From Candidatus Giovannonibacteria bacterium (GTDB lineage: Bacteria; Patescibacteriota; Minisyncoccia; UBA11713; 2-01-FULL-45-33): a stretch of 64,000 nucleotides of DNA. A program made the translations under genes and the position numbers. The DNA is taken from NCBI GenBank assembly GCA_016176295.1, contig JACOXN010000005.1, forward strand, positions 2,156 to 66,155. Reading direction: 5' to 3'. Below are positions 54,189-63,301 of this stretch, one piece after another (the stretch's first letter is position 1; every line of letters starts with the position of its first letter). The notes under the pieces are model-generated. The model was not told the origin of the DNA and searched no databases. It saw only the letters and a list, made by a program, of their open reading frames with translations.

Positions 54189-55223
54189 TTATATCTTAAA
54201 TTCAATAACATCCCCATCTTTCACAATATACTCTTTGCCTTCCGAGCGGAGCCAGCCAAGATCGCGGGCCTTGGACCAGGAACCCGCTTCTAAAAGTTTT
54301 TCCCAAAAAATAATATCGGCACGGATGAATTTATCCTCGAAATCACTGTGAATGGCGCGGCCGGCTCTTTTTGCGGTGGATCCTTGCGGGATGGTCCAGG
54401 CGCGAGATTCGTCTTCGCCCGTCGTAAAAAAAGTCATTAGTCCCAGAAGTTTGTAAGCCGCTTTGATAAGCTGGGGGAGTTCCGAAACGAGTCCCAGTTC
54501 TTTTTTTTCCTCCTCCGACATTGAGGCAATGTCGTTTTCCTGCCCGATATCAATAGGCAAGGAATTGGGGATGTCGGGGAGCGGAAGATTGTCTTTGCTT
54601 GAAATATTAAAAACCGTAAGCGAAGGCTTGAATGAAAGAAGCTGGAGACTGTTTGCTGTTTTTGTTATTTCCTCGGAAACTTCGGAAAAGGTTCCGAGCT
54701 TTTCCGGGTCCTGAAGCAATTTTTCTATTTCTTCCAAATATTGCACCAGCTGGGTAGCTTCCTTTTTACCGCTTTTGGCATCCCGATGTGCGTTTTCCCG
54801 CGCCTTGGCCACCGTTTCCAGATCTTTTAAGGCAAGCTCGGTTTTGATGGTCTCAAGATCGGAAAGCGGGTTTGGTTTTCCGGAAACATGAACGATATTT
54901 TCATTCTCAAAAGCGCGCACAATGTGGCAGACGGTATTCACCTCGCGGATATGGGTGAGAAATTTGTTCCCCAGCCCTTCTCCAGCGGCGGCTCCTTTAA
55001 CTAATCCCGCAATGTCCACGAATTCAACAATGGCCGGGACTATTTTTTTTGACTTGGAAAGTTCCGTTAATTTATACAAACGTTCGTCGGGTACGCTGAC
55101 CACGCCCACATTTGGATCGATGGTAGCAAAAGGATAGTTTGACGTATCCACCTGTTTTTTGGTGAGCGCCTGGAAGAGGGTTGATTTACCCACATTCGGC
55201 AGCCCGACGATTCCTATTTTCAT
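54189..55223 (-). CDS. ychF: Ribosome-binding ATPase YchF (Obg family)
   Basis: MKIGIVGLPNVGKSTLFQALT, with the TGS-like C-terminus DGDVIEFKI. Confidence 0.93.
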   Translation of the reverse strand: MKIGIVGLPNVGKSTLFQALTKKQVDTSNYPFATIDPNVGVVSVPDERLYKLTELSKSKKIVPAIVEFVDIAGLVKGAAAGEGLGNKFLTHIREVNTVCHIVRAFENENIVHVSGKPNPLSDLETIKTELALKDLETVAKARENAHRDAKSGKKEATQLVQYLEEIEKLLQDPEKLGTFSEVSEEITKTANSLQLLSFKPSLTVFNISSKDNLPLPDIPNSLPIDIGQENDIASMSEEEKKELGLVSELPQLIKAAYKLLGLMTFFTTGEDESRAWTIPQGSTAKRAGRAIHSDFEDKFIRADIIFWEKLLEAGSWSKARDLGWLRSEGKEYIVKDGDVIEFKI

Positions 55224-55289
55224 AAAGTAATATTTTAGCTGGTTTGCTAAATAATCAAATTTATCAGCTATAGCGGATAAATTGTACCA

Positions 55290-55889
55290 TTATAATAAGT
55301 CGAAATATTGCTTAAGATGTAATTCATTATCAATTGTATCGGCAACGATGTAACGCACATACGGTCGCAATGAAAAGAATTCTATCACAAAATCAACCTC
55401 ATCTCTACATTCGAATGGATGCACAAAAACACTTTTTTGAAATTTATAACAGCCCATGTTTTTAAGCAGTTTGGCTATCGCATCGCGTGCCTTTTTGTGT
55501 TTTTCAGGAATATCAAAAAGTATTATGCGCCACTTTTTATCCCAATTTTCCATTTTTTTGATTCTTATGTTTTCAAGATCGTAAGTCAAAGCTTTATTTT
55601 TACCATTGCTTGTAAGAATAATGGTGACTGTTCCGTCTTTGTTGTTCTTAATGTCCAACAACCTGTTTTCGTATAAATTTCTGATGCAATTGTACAAAAT
55701 CCGCCGGTTTATTTTTTCCCACTCTTTTGGCAGATCTTTAAGCACACGCAGTTTCTTTTTGGGGGAGTAAGCTAGAGTTAGTGAAGCGCCAGCCAGAAGC
55801 AGTAGTAAAATTTTTTGAGACGTGGTGCCCAATGAACCAAAATTTCTCATAATTATTAAAAATGTAACTCTATACTTTAAATTAGTCAA
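55290..55889 (-). CDS. PaaX-like regulator candidate (N-terminal wHTH-like region plus Cas2-like ferredoxin-fold domain)
   Basis: WDKKWRIILFDIPEKHKKARDAIAKLLKNMGCYKFQKSVFVHPF matches the PaaX_C/Cas2-like W..W.lv.fDIPe...R..lr..L...Gf..lq.Svw..P pattern. Confidence 0.55.
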   Translation of the reverse strand: MTNLKYRVTFLIIMRNFGSLGTTSQKILLLLLAGASLTLAYSPKKKLRVLKDLPKEWEKINRRILYNCIRNLYENRLLDIKNNKDGTVTIILTSNGKNKALTYDLENIRIKKMENWDKKWRIILFDIPEKHKKARDAIAKLLKNMGCYKFQKSVFVHPFECRDEVDFVIEFFSLRPYVRYIVADTIDNELHLKQYFDLL

Positions 55890-55921
55890 ATTAAACAGCT
55901 ATAGCTGTTTAATTTGACTAA
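55882..55921. repeat. 40-bp perfect palindrome at the 5' boundary of the IS30 remnant
   Basis: TTAGTCAAATTAAACAGCTA|TAGCTGTTTAATTTGACTAA, exact. Confidence 0.95.
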
Positions 55922-56832
55922 AAATTAGAAAGCGAGAATGTGAAATGGGAATGAATCGGTCGAGCATTTCAAGAGAAATTAACCAAAACAAAGATTCTGA
56001 CGGAATTTACCGGGGCGGCCATGCGCATAAACGGGCAATGGAGAGGAGAAAACAAGGAAAGGCGGCTTTCAAAAAGATCGGGAAAGATCCTAAACTTCGC
56101 AAGTATATTATCCGCAAACTCAAAAAGTATTGGTCTCCGGAACAGATTGCCGGCAGGCTAAAACGGAAATATAAAACAACCGTGGTATGCCAGGAAACAA
56201 TATACCAATTCATCTACGAAGAGCATCCGGATTTGGTGAAGTATTTGAGGCGTCAGAAAAATAAATATAGGAGAAAAAGAGGCACTAAAGCTCGTATGCA
56301 ATGGAGTAAGGCCTTGAAAATCAGAAGAATTGGGGAAAGACCGGGGGTTGTTGAGACAAGAAAACGCATTGGAGACTGGGAGGGCGATACCGTTGTCGGA
56401 AAAGAAAAGAAGCAAAGGATACTCACATATGTAGAGAGGAAGAGCGGTTTTGGCATGGCAAACAAACTTGATGTGGTCACTGCGGAAATTGTGCAAGAAA
56501 AAACCGCAATGCGATTTAGGGCATTGCGGTCGAAGGCAAGACGAACATTGACGAGAGATAACGGTCCGGAATTTGGAGATTACGATCAAGATCTCGAAGA
56601 GCGTACCAAAATGAAAGTATACAGAGCAACCCCTTATCGATCATGCGAACGCGGCACGAATGAAAACTGGGATGGTCTGCTCAGGCAATTCTTTCCGAAG
56701 GGTATGGTGTTTGCTACTATTACTCAGTACCGTGTTGATCAAGTTGTCCGCTTGCTCAACAACCGGCCGAGGAAACGGCTGGACTATGCAACGCCGCGAG
56801 AGAGATTTAGAGAATGTTGCAATTCAGACTAG
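55902..56832 (+). mobile_element. IS30-family insertion sequence remnant (5'-truncated; no matching right inverted repeat found)
   Basis: It contains the transposase ORF below. The sequence downstream of 56832 shows no reverse-complement match to the left-end sequence. Confidence 0.6.
55945..56832 (+). CDS. IS30-family DDE transposase, lacking the first N-terminal HTH
   Basis: RSSISREINQN (HTH_38 remnant), DWEGDTVVGK, LTRDNGPEF and ERGTNENWDGLLRQFFPKG (DDE triad context). The in-frame upstream sequence runs only to a stop at 55915-55917, inside the palindrome. Confidence 0.85.
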   Translation: MGMNRSSISREINQNKDSDGIYRGGHAHKRAMERRKQGKAAFKKIGKDPKLRKYIIRKLKKYWSPEQIAGRLKRKYKTTVVCQETIYQFIYEEHPDLVKYLRRQKNKYRRKRGTKARMQWSKALKIRRIGERPGVVETRKRIGDWEGDTVVGKEKKQRILTYVERKSGFGMANKLDVVTAEIVQEKTAMRFRALRSKARRTLTRDNGPEFGDYDQDLEERTKMKVYRATPYRSCERGTNENWDGLLRQFFPKGMVFATITQYRVDQVVRLLNNRPRKRLDYATPRERFRECCNSD

Positions 56833-56870
56833 AACTCGCGAAAAAGTTTTAAAAATACTACAATTAATTA

Positions 56871-58283
56871 ATGCACAAAATTGCGGAAAAAAAGTGGAGC
56901 GAGAAGATTTTCAAGGCCTATGACATTAGGGGCGTTTATCTGGAGGAGATAAACGAGGACGCGGCCTACAAGATAGGGCGTGCCTATGCTGATTATATCC
57001 ATCTTTCAAAGAACGAGCCTCAAAAAATAACTATTCTGGTCAGCTTCGACGCAAGGAGTTCTTCTCCGTCATTGAAAGCGGCTTTCGTGAACGGACTTTT
57101 GGCTGAGGGAGCCGATGTCATAGATGCCGGCCTGACGACCACACCGATGCATTATTACGCGGTGAATGTATCGGGTGCGGACGGGGGAGCGATGATAACC
57201 GCTTCCCACAATCCCGCGAAATTCAACGGCATTAAACTTACGAGAAAAATGGCCGTGCCGATTGGCGAAGGGACCGGCATGGAGGAAATAAAGAATTCTG
57301 CTCTCCGGGGCATTTTTTCGGAAAAGGAAACCGGTGTATCGGTGAAAAAAGATTATTTAGATGAGTATTTGGATTTTTTTGCGGAAAAATTTTCCAGACT
57401 TAAACCTTTTAGTATGCGTCTTACCGCATGCGCGGCTAACGGCATGACATCCATTTTACTTAAAAAGCTATTCGACAAGTTCCCGCAAATGGAAGTTCAG
57501 TATCTGCATAATGAGCTGGATATGACATTTCCGAACCACGAAGCTAATCCTCTTAACTACGATAATCTGAAAGATGTCCAAGAAGAGGTCCGCAAGAACG
57601 ATTCTTCGCTTGGTATCTCTTTCGACGGAGACGGAGACAGAGTAGGTTTTGTGGATGAAAAAGGAAAAATTATACCCGGGGATATTATTACGGCGCTTTT
57701 GGTAAGATATTTTGCAGAAGGCCAAGCTGTCACAGATGGAAATCACAATGCAAATCCCGATAAGATAGTTTATGATCTGCGCTCAAGCCGGGTGATCAGA
57801 GAAGAAGCGGGAAAGTATGGCATGAGGCTGGTTGAGGGGCGCGTCGGGCATGTTTTTATGAAAGCGCTTATGAAAAAAGAGAACGCGGTCTTCGGCGGAG
57901 AAGTTTCCGGTCATTATTATTTCAGGGATTTTTTCTTTTGTGAATCTGGGGTATTTGCGGCGCTGGCAATTATAGATTTGTTGTGCGTAAAAAAAAGGCC
58001 TATAAGCGAGTTGATTGCGGGGCTTTCGAAATATTATAAAACAGAAGAAATAAATTTTGTCATAAAAAATAAAGACCTTGTTTTGGATAAAGTGGCATCG
58101 TGTTTTCCTGATGCCATGGTGTCATATTTGGACGGGATAAAGGTTGAGTACGACGACTGGTGGTTCAGCCTGCGCTTATCGAACACGGAGGATTTGGTGC
58201 GTCTCAATTTAGAGGCTTCAAGTTCTCGGCTTTTGGAGGAAAAAAATAAGCTCATTACTGAGCTTGTGACAAAATTTGGATAA
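56871..58283 (+). CDS. Phosphomannomutase/phosphoglucomutase (alpha-D-phosphohexomutase family)
   Basis: Active-site TASHNPAKFNGIK and the metal loop FDGDGDRVGFVD. Confidence 0.9.
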   Translation: MHKIAEKKWSEKIFKAYDIRGVYLEEINEDAAYKIGRAYADYIHLSKNEPQKITILVSFDARSSSPSLKAAFVNGLLAEGADVIDAGLTTTPMHYYAVNVSGADGGAMITASHNPAKFNGIKLTRKMAVPIGEGTGMEEIKNSALRGIFSEKETGVSVKKDYLDEYLDFFAEKFSRLKPFSMRLTACAANGMTSILLKKLFDKFPQMEVQYLHNELDMTFPNHEANPLNYDNLKDVQEEVRKNDSSLGISFDGDGDRVGFVDEKGKIIPGDIITALLVRYFAEGQAVTDGNHNANPDKIVYDLRSSRVIREEAGKYGMRLVEGRVGHVFMKALMKKENAVFGGEVSGHYYFRDFFFCESGVFAALAIIDLLCVKKRPISELIAGLSKYYKTEEINFVIKNKDLVLDKVASCFPDAMVSYLDGIKVEYDDWWFSLRLSNTEDLVRLNLEASSSRLLEEKNKLITELVTKFG

Positions 58284-58908
58284 GCGGGGCGGTCAGGTGC
58301 AGGGTGCTGTTTAAAAGAACGACTTTTAGTTTGCAGTTCTCTTCTTCAATCACGTTAAGGCAGGCATTATCTTGTCTAATGGTCCTTAAGTTCTCGGTAC
58401 ACTGCACATCAGCAAGGATGAAAGTGTTCGTGACGACATGGCCTATCACTATTATGTCGTCGTCTGTTTCCCGGAGCAGTTTTCTCCAGGCCATAATGGT
58501 GCGCTGCCTTGCTTCGATGGTGGATTCTCCGCCGGGGAATTTGACCTTGATGGGGTCTTCCATCCATAGGCGGTAAAGTTCCGGATAAAGCTCCGGCACT
58601 TTTTTGTGGGGGGTATTTTCCCATTCTCCGTGCCGCATTTCGTGAAGTTCCGGCATGCTGATAACCGGCCTGCGGTCATCGCCGAATATTTCGTATGACA
58701 AAATGCATGCAGTTTGAAGGGCCCGCGTATCCGACGAAGAATAAATCACAGAAGGCGGCGGATAAGCTTCTTTGAAAACTTTAAAAAAACGGGCTAGAAG
58801 CCGGCATTGCTCTTTGCCTTCTTCGGTGAGCAAATTTTTACGTCCCTGGTAGTAACCTTCTTTATTGCCGAGCGTTTTTCCGTGTCTTATTATATATACT
58901 CGTCTCAC
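58255..58908 (-). CDS. Histidine phosphatase (phosphoglycerate-mutase-like) family protein
   Basis: IIRHGKTLGN RHG motif, with the GHVVTN second-His region. Its 3' end overlaps the convergent PMM gene by 29 nt. Confidence 0.8.
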   Translation of the reverse strand: MRRVYIIRHGKTLGNKEGYYQGRKNLLTEEGKEQCRLLARFFKVFKEAYPPPSVIYSSSDTRALQTACILSYEIFGDDRRPVISMPELHEMRHGEWENTPHKKVPELYPELYRLWMEDPIKVKFPGGESTIEARQRTIMAWRKLLRETDDDIIVIGHVVTNTFILADVQCTENLRTIRQDNACLNVIEEENCKLKVVLLNSTLHLTAPLIQILSQAQ

Positions 58909-58920
58909 TTGGCACTCCTT

Positions 58921-59922
58921 TCAGTCTATGTTCATCAAAAGGCCGATCTTTTGGCGCACGATCTTCATCGTGGCTTCGCTTTTTCCCAGCGCTTTTTTGG
59001 CCCCTTTCTGCAGAATTTTTAGCACACTCTCAGGTTCATTGGCAAGCTCGTTGTATTTTTTACGGATAGGGGAGAGTTTTTGCACTAAAATATCAGCGAG
59101 CATGTTCTTAAATTCACCGTAGTTTTTGCCCGCAAATTTTTCTTCCAGATCTTTTAAGGGCTCGTTACTCATCTGGCTCATGATCACAAGCAGATTAGAG
59201 ACCGCGGGTTTAGTTGCGGGGTCGTATTTAATTTCTTTGCCGGAGTCGGTGACCGCTATTTTTATTTTTTGCCTGATTTCGTCTTCAGAATCGAGTATCC
59301 CTATGTAGTTATTTTTGCTGGCGGCCGATTTGGACATTTTTTTTGCGGGGTCGTCCAGACCCATTATTCTGGCTCCTTCCTTCTGAACCAAGTCTTTCGG
59401 TTCTTTGAAAGTTTCGCCGAAACGAGAATTGAATTTTCTGGCCAGGGTTCTCGTAAGTTCTATGTGTTGAATTTGGTCTTCTCCCACAGGCACGACGTCC
59501 GGACCATAAAGCAAAATATCGGCGGCCATTAAAGTCGGGTAATTGAAAAGACCTGCCAGACTTCCTTCTTTGTTCGATTTTTCCTTAAATTGAGTCATTC
59601 GCTCAAGTTCTCCCATGGGAGTTAGCGTATTCAAGATCCAGCCAAGCTCCGTATGGGTTGGAACGTGGGATTGCACGAATATTGTGGTTTTGGCGGAGTC
59701 CAAACCGCATGCCAAATAAAGATACACGGCGTCTAGTGTGTTCTTTCGAAGTTTATCGGGCTCTTGCGGGACAGTTATCGCGTGCAGATCCGCGACAAAA
59801 GCATACATATCGTACTGGTCTTGCAGTTCAACAAATTGCTTTATTGCCCCGATATAATTGCCGATATGCAGGTTGCCTGAAGCTTGGATTCCGCTTATCG
59901 CAATTTCTTTTTCTTTTGCCAT
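58921..59922 (-). CDS. trpS: Tryptophan--tRNA ligase
   Basis: GIQASGNLHIGNYIG (HIGH-type) and KMSKS. Confidence 0.95.
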   Translation of the reverse strand: MAKEKEIAISGIQASGNLHIGNYIGAIKQFVELQDQYDMYAFVADLHAITVPQEPDKLRKNTLDAVYLYLACGLDSAKTTIFVQSHVPTHTELGWILNTLTPMGELERMTQFKEKSNKEGSLAGLFNYPTLMAADILLYGPDVVPVGEDQIQHIELTRTLARKFNSRFGETFKEPKDLVQKEGARIMGLDDPAKKMSKSAASKNNYIGILDSEDEIRQKIKIAVTDSGKEIKYDPATKPAVSNLLVIMSQMSNEPLKDLEEKFAGKNYGEFKNMLADILVQKLSPIRKKYNELANEPESVLKILQKGAKKALGKSEATMKIVRQKIGLLMNID

Positions 59923-60044
59923 TTCAATATTGTAAGCTTTTTAGGCCTGATTCTCAAGTCTGCCGTCAGGCTTGCCTGAGAGTCAGGGGACGTGCTAACA
60001 TTTGGCCAGGATTGAAAAATAAACGTGGAATTTAAGGAGAAATT

Positions 60045-61667
60045 ATGATCTCTTGGACTAAGTTTTGTGAAGGTTTTTTCAGCGAATATTTCCACATCTA
60101 TCCCGAGCAGGCGATAGAGTACGGAGTGCCGGGTTTTGACGACAAAGCTCAAGAATTCAGCGATGAAGCTTACCGGCGGGAAAAGTCTTTCTGGAAAAAA
60201 TCGCAGAAGCGCCTGCATAATGTGAATCGAAAAAATTTAACGGCCGATGAAGATATAGATTTTCAGCTGATGAAGGGTAAAATCATCATCGCCAATTACG
60301 AGTTTTCAAAATTTGATTACCGGTTTCGCGAACCGCATGTCTATCTTCCTTTTGCCCACATTCACGCTCTGACAGTAAAACCTACTAATGACGTTGCCGG
60401 GAATGTTCTTGGCCAACTGAAGCAGTTTCCGCGCACGGTTGCCGAGGCCATGGCCCTCTACAACACAAAGATCAAACATTATCCGCCGGCGGTTTGGACC
60501 GAGATGGCAATAGAGGAAGCAATGAGCGGTATTGCTTTTTTGGACACTCTGGCCGCAAATCCGCGTGTACGGAATTCCGTGAAAGACCGGCATGAGTTCA
60601 GCCGGGCCGTGTACTGGGCTAAACGCTCTTCCAGGATTTTCGCCGATTTTCTGCGGACTGAAATTTTGCCCAAAAGCGGGGATTCGTACGCAGTAGGCGA
60701 GGAACACTATCAGCTTTTGTTGGAGAACTTTCACTTTCTCAAAATGGATGCCGACGGCCTTTTGGCTCTGGGAGAAAAACTTTTTGCCAAGACCAAATAC
60801 GAGTTGGGGAAATTAGCGGATGAGTTAAGCCCGGGCCGGACTGTGCGCGAAGTGGCCGACCGGATATACGCAAATCATCCTTCCAATGGCGAACTGCTAG
60901 AGGCTTATAAAAATGTAATGTTGGCCGCCCGGGAGTTCGTAAAGGAAAAAAGGCTGGTCACGTTCCCTCCGGTGGAAGAGCTGGATGTCGTCTGGACGCC
61001 GGAATTTTTGCTCCATGAGATTCCCATCGCGGCCTATGAAAACCCGCCTTTATCCGATCCTAGGCAAACCGGTTTGTATTATGTGACTCCTACCGAAGAC
61101 GAAGAGTCACTAAAAGCACATAACTGGTCCGGGTTGCAAAACACTACCGTTCACGAGAGTTACCCGGGGCACCATTTGCAGTTCACGGTCGCAAATTCCA
61201 TTCCTGCCGCCTGCACTTTTCCCAGATTAATGTGCGTCACCACTGTGATGTACGAAGGCTGGGCGCTTTACTGCGAAGAGCTTATGATGGAACTGGGATT
61301 TTTGGGAACTAAAGAGCACCGCTTCGTGATGTTGAAAGACCGGCTCTGGAGAGCGCTCCGCATTATTATCGACGTGGAAACGCAACGAGGGCGGATGACT
61401 TACGAACAGGCCGCCGATCTTATGGAAAGGGAGCTTTTCTTTCCGCGACAGCAGGCTTACGCGGATCTCAATTGGTATAGCCAAGCGCCTTCCGAACCGA
61501 TGGGTTATGCTCTTGGCTGGCATATTATTAAAGATCTTCGACACCGCGAAATGGAAAAGCTTGGTCCGGAATTCAGCCTCCGAGAATTTCACGACAAATA
61601 CTTAAGCTGCGGGAGCATTGCTCCGCCCCTCATCATCAAAAGATGTTTTTCCCATCAGGCCTCCTAA
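60045..61667 (+). CDS. DUF885-family protein (metallopeptidase-like)
   Basis: HESYPGHHLQF block and overall length and layout typical of DUF885. The assignment is from memory of the family signature. Confidence 0.7.
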   Translation: MISWTKFCEGFFSEYFHIYPEQAIEYGVPGFDDKAQEFSDEAYRREKSFWKKSQKRLHNVNRKNLTADEDIDFQLMKGKIIIANYEFSKFDYRFREPHVYLPFAHIHALTVKPTNDVAGNVLGQLKQFPRTVAEAMALYNTKIKHYPPAVWTEMAIEEAMSGIAFLDTLAANPRVRNSVKDRHEFSRAVYWAKRSSRIFADFLRTEILPKSGDSYAVGEEHYQLLLENFHFLKMDADGLLALGEKLFAKTKYELGKLADELSPGRTVREVADRIYANHPSNGELLEAYKNVMLAAREFVKEKRLVTFPPVEELDVVWTPEFLLHEIPIAAYENPPLSDPRQTGLYYVTPTEDEESLKAHNWSGLQNTTVHESYPGHHLQFTVANSIPAACTFPRLMCVTTVMYEGWALYCEELMMELGFLGTKEHRFVMLKDRLWRALRIIIDVETQRGRMTYEQAADLMERELFFPRQQAYADLNWYSQAPSEPMGYALGWHIIKDLRHREMEKLGPEFSLREFHDKYLSCGSIAPPLIIKRCFSHQAS

Positions 61668-61698
61668 AAAGGGGTTTTTTTGCTCTCAGTTTTTTTCA

Positions 61699-62424
61699 TT
61701 ATTTTTTACTTGCGAAGACCTGCGTTTTCGTTGCCGCGGTTTTTTCTTCGCTCATTAAGAAATCAACGAAGATCATAATGTAAAGCATCAAAAATCCGAA
61801 AGCCATGGTTATGTAAGACGCAAGCAGCGGCATGAAACCATGCGCCCAGATTACGCCGATTCCGCCCGTCAAGCCTCCAATTACGAATGTTACTGAGAAT
61901 AGGGTTTTTTTAACAACTGCTTTTTGACTTTCCGTTTTGGATATGAAAAGAAAAATTCCGGTGATGACGGCCAGGGGCGTTATAAGCAGCGAAAAGAATA
62001 AATTGAACGGAAATAAAATATTCCAATTTATTACTCCGTATTGCAGAATATCGGGCATGGGCAAATACATGAGTTGCGCCGTTACATAGAAGATAGTCAG
62101 AGCGGGCATCAAGTAAAAAATTACCCTCTCAGCTCGCATCGCGCCCCATGCCCTCAAGGCTACCCTTGATGATTGAACCAATCCCCACACAGTGAATACT
62201 ATGCCAACTACCACAGAAAATCCTAAAACAGAGCTCTTTGTTGTTATGAGCACAGGCACGCCATCCCATAAGAAACCAAGTCCAGCCCCAAATCCAACAT
62301 GCACAAACATAAGGCTGTATTCATTGCCTGTTTTTTTATAACTTTTGAGTGCCCGAAAACCGAACCATATGCATGCTATGGCATTAAAAACGTATAGCGC
62401 TGAAGATACCGGAATATAGCCCAT
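61699..62424 (-). CDS. Polytopic integral membrane protein, function unknown
   Basis: About 7 TM segments. The start MGYIPVSS at 62424 is preferred over the track start 62493, because a TTGAGA-18-TATAAT promoter lies on the minus strand with the -10 box 6 nt before this ATG. Confidence 0.65.
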   Translation of the reverse strand: MGYIPVSSALYVFNAIACIWFGFRALKSYKKTGNEYSLMFVHVGFGAGLGFLWDGVPVLITTKSSVLGFSVVVGIVFTVWGLVQSSRVALRAWGAMRAERVIFYLMPALTIFYVTAQLMYLPMPDILQYGVINWNILFPFNLFFSLLITPLAVITGIFLFISKTESQKAVVKKTLFSVTFVIGGLTGGIGVIWAHGFMPLLASYITMAFGFLMLYIMIFVDFLMSEEKTAATKTQVFASKK

Positions 62425-62430
62425 AAAACT

Positions 62431-62460
62431 ATTATACCTCAATTTAAAAAAAACTCTCAA
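62431..62460 (-). promoter_or_regulatory. Putative promoter (leaderless layout) of the membrane-protein gene
   Basis: Minus strand: TTGAGA (62460-62455), 18 nt, TATAAT (62436-62431), 6 nt, ATG (62424). Confidence 0.5.
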
Positions 62461-62701
62461 CGCGACTTTGGTCTTAATTATTATGAATGGCAAAAGCGCG
62501 GACGGAACTAACTACCGAATTCTATAGATAAAAATAGACAACCCACCCCGAGCAATCGGGGGTTTTGTTTTTACCCGAATAAGTCACTTGGCGGCTAAGC
62601 CGCCAAGTGCTGTAAATATGCAAATAAATACTATGTGCTATAAATCGCGAACATAACGGCTAAAATTCAACCCTGAAGCGCATCACTCGCCTTTGAACTA
62701 A

Positions 62702-62778
62702 ACATACCCGCAGGCCTGTCTACCGGCAGGCAGGTACGCTAGGAATATTAACAGCCTAGATTACCAAAACGGGTATGT
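62702..62778. repeat. Structured palindromic element (outer 9-bp stem enclosing two hairpins)
   Basis: ACATACCCG (62702-62710) pairs with CGGGTATGT (62770-62778). The inner stems are GCCTG...CAGGC and CTAGG...CCTAG. The core 62715-62734 is related to 14914-14933. Confidence 0.6.
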
Positions 62779-62805
62779 ACCACCACATTACACGCAGAAG
62801 GGAAA

Positions 62806-62985
62806 ATGGAGATTACCCTTAGAGATGGAGTATTGTATATCTTTGCTCAAGCAACTGATATGAATACGCACGAAGATCACAATGCACTAATGAAAATCAT
62901 CAGAGAAATAAAAGGGCGATCATATCAAGTAGAAGTAGGAGTGTTATCTGATTTTGCGCTAATATTGACCAGTAAAAATTCTTAA
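62806..62985 (+). CDS. Possible 59-aa hypothetical protein
   Basis: MEITLRDGVLYIFAQATDMNTHEDHNALMKIIREIKGRSYQVEVGVLSDFALILTSKNS*, read by hand. GAAGGG lies upstream, and a hairpin plus T-run follows the stop. Confidence 0.35.
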   Translation: MEITLRDGVLYIFAQATDMNTHEDHNALMKIIREIKGRSYQVEVGVLSDFALILTSKNS

Positions 62986-63301
62986 TCGTTATACAAGCGG
63001 CCCTAAAACGCCCGCTTTTTTATTTACTTCGGTAATTCCACGGTCGTCTGAGATACTGTAGTAGATTTTTTCGGCAAATTTGACATAAGCATATGGCCAT
63101 GCAAAAACAATCGTGCATGAGGCCGAAAAGGTCTTATTGGGGAAATTCCGTAAACATTTGGGAAAAAATGATTTCTTGAAAATTATTGCCAATTTGTCGC
63201 CGGGCTCGCTGGAGTCCCGATTTTTTTATATCTCAATAATCACGGGCAGCGCCACCCAGTAAAGCGCAGACGCCACGGGGCAAGTCGGTTGGGCATTCGG
63301 A

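Noticed and set aside
55290-55889. Calling the Cas2-fold protein a CRISPR-associated Cas2
   Set aside because: There is no cas1, no other cas genes and no repeat array in the window. The N-terminal extension and the WxxW...DIPE pattern fit PaaX-like proteins better.
62989-63192. 67-aa minus-strand ORF
   Set aside because: It has no SD or promoter, an odd composition and no motif. It lies in a region better explained by small-RNA or terminator structures.
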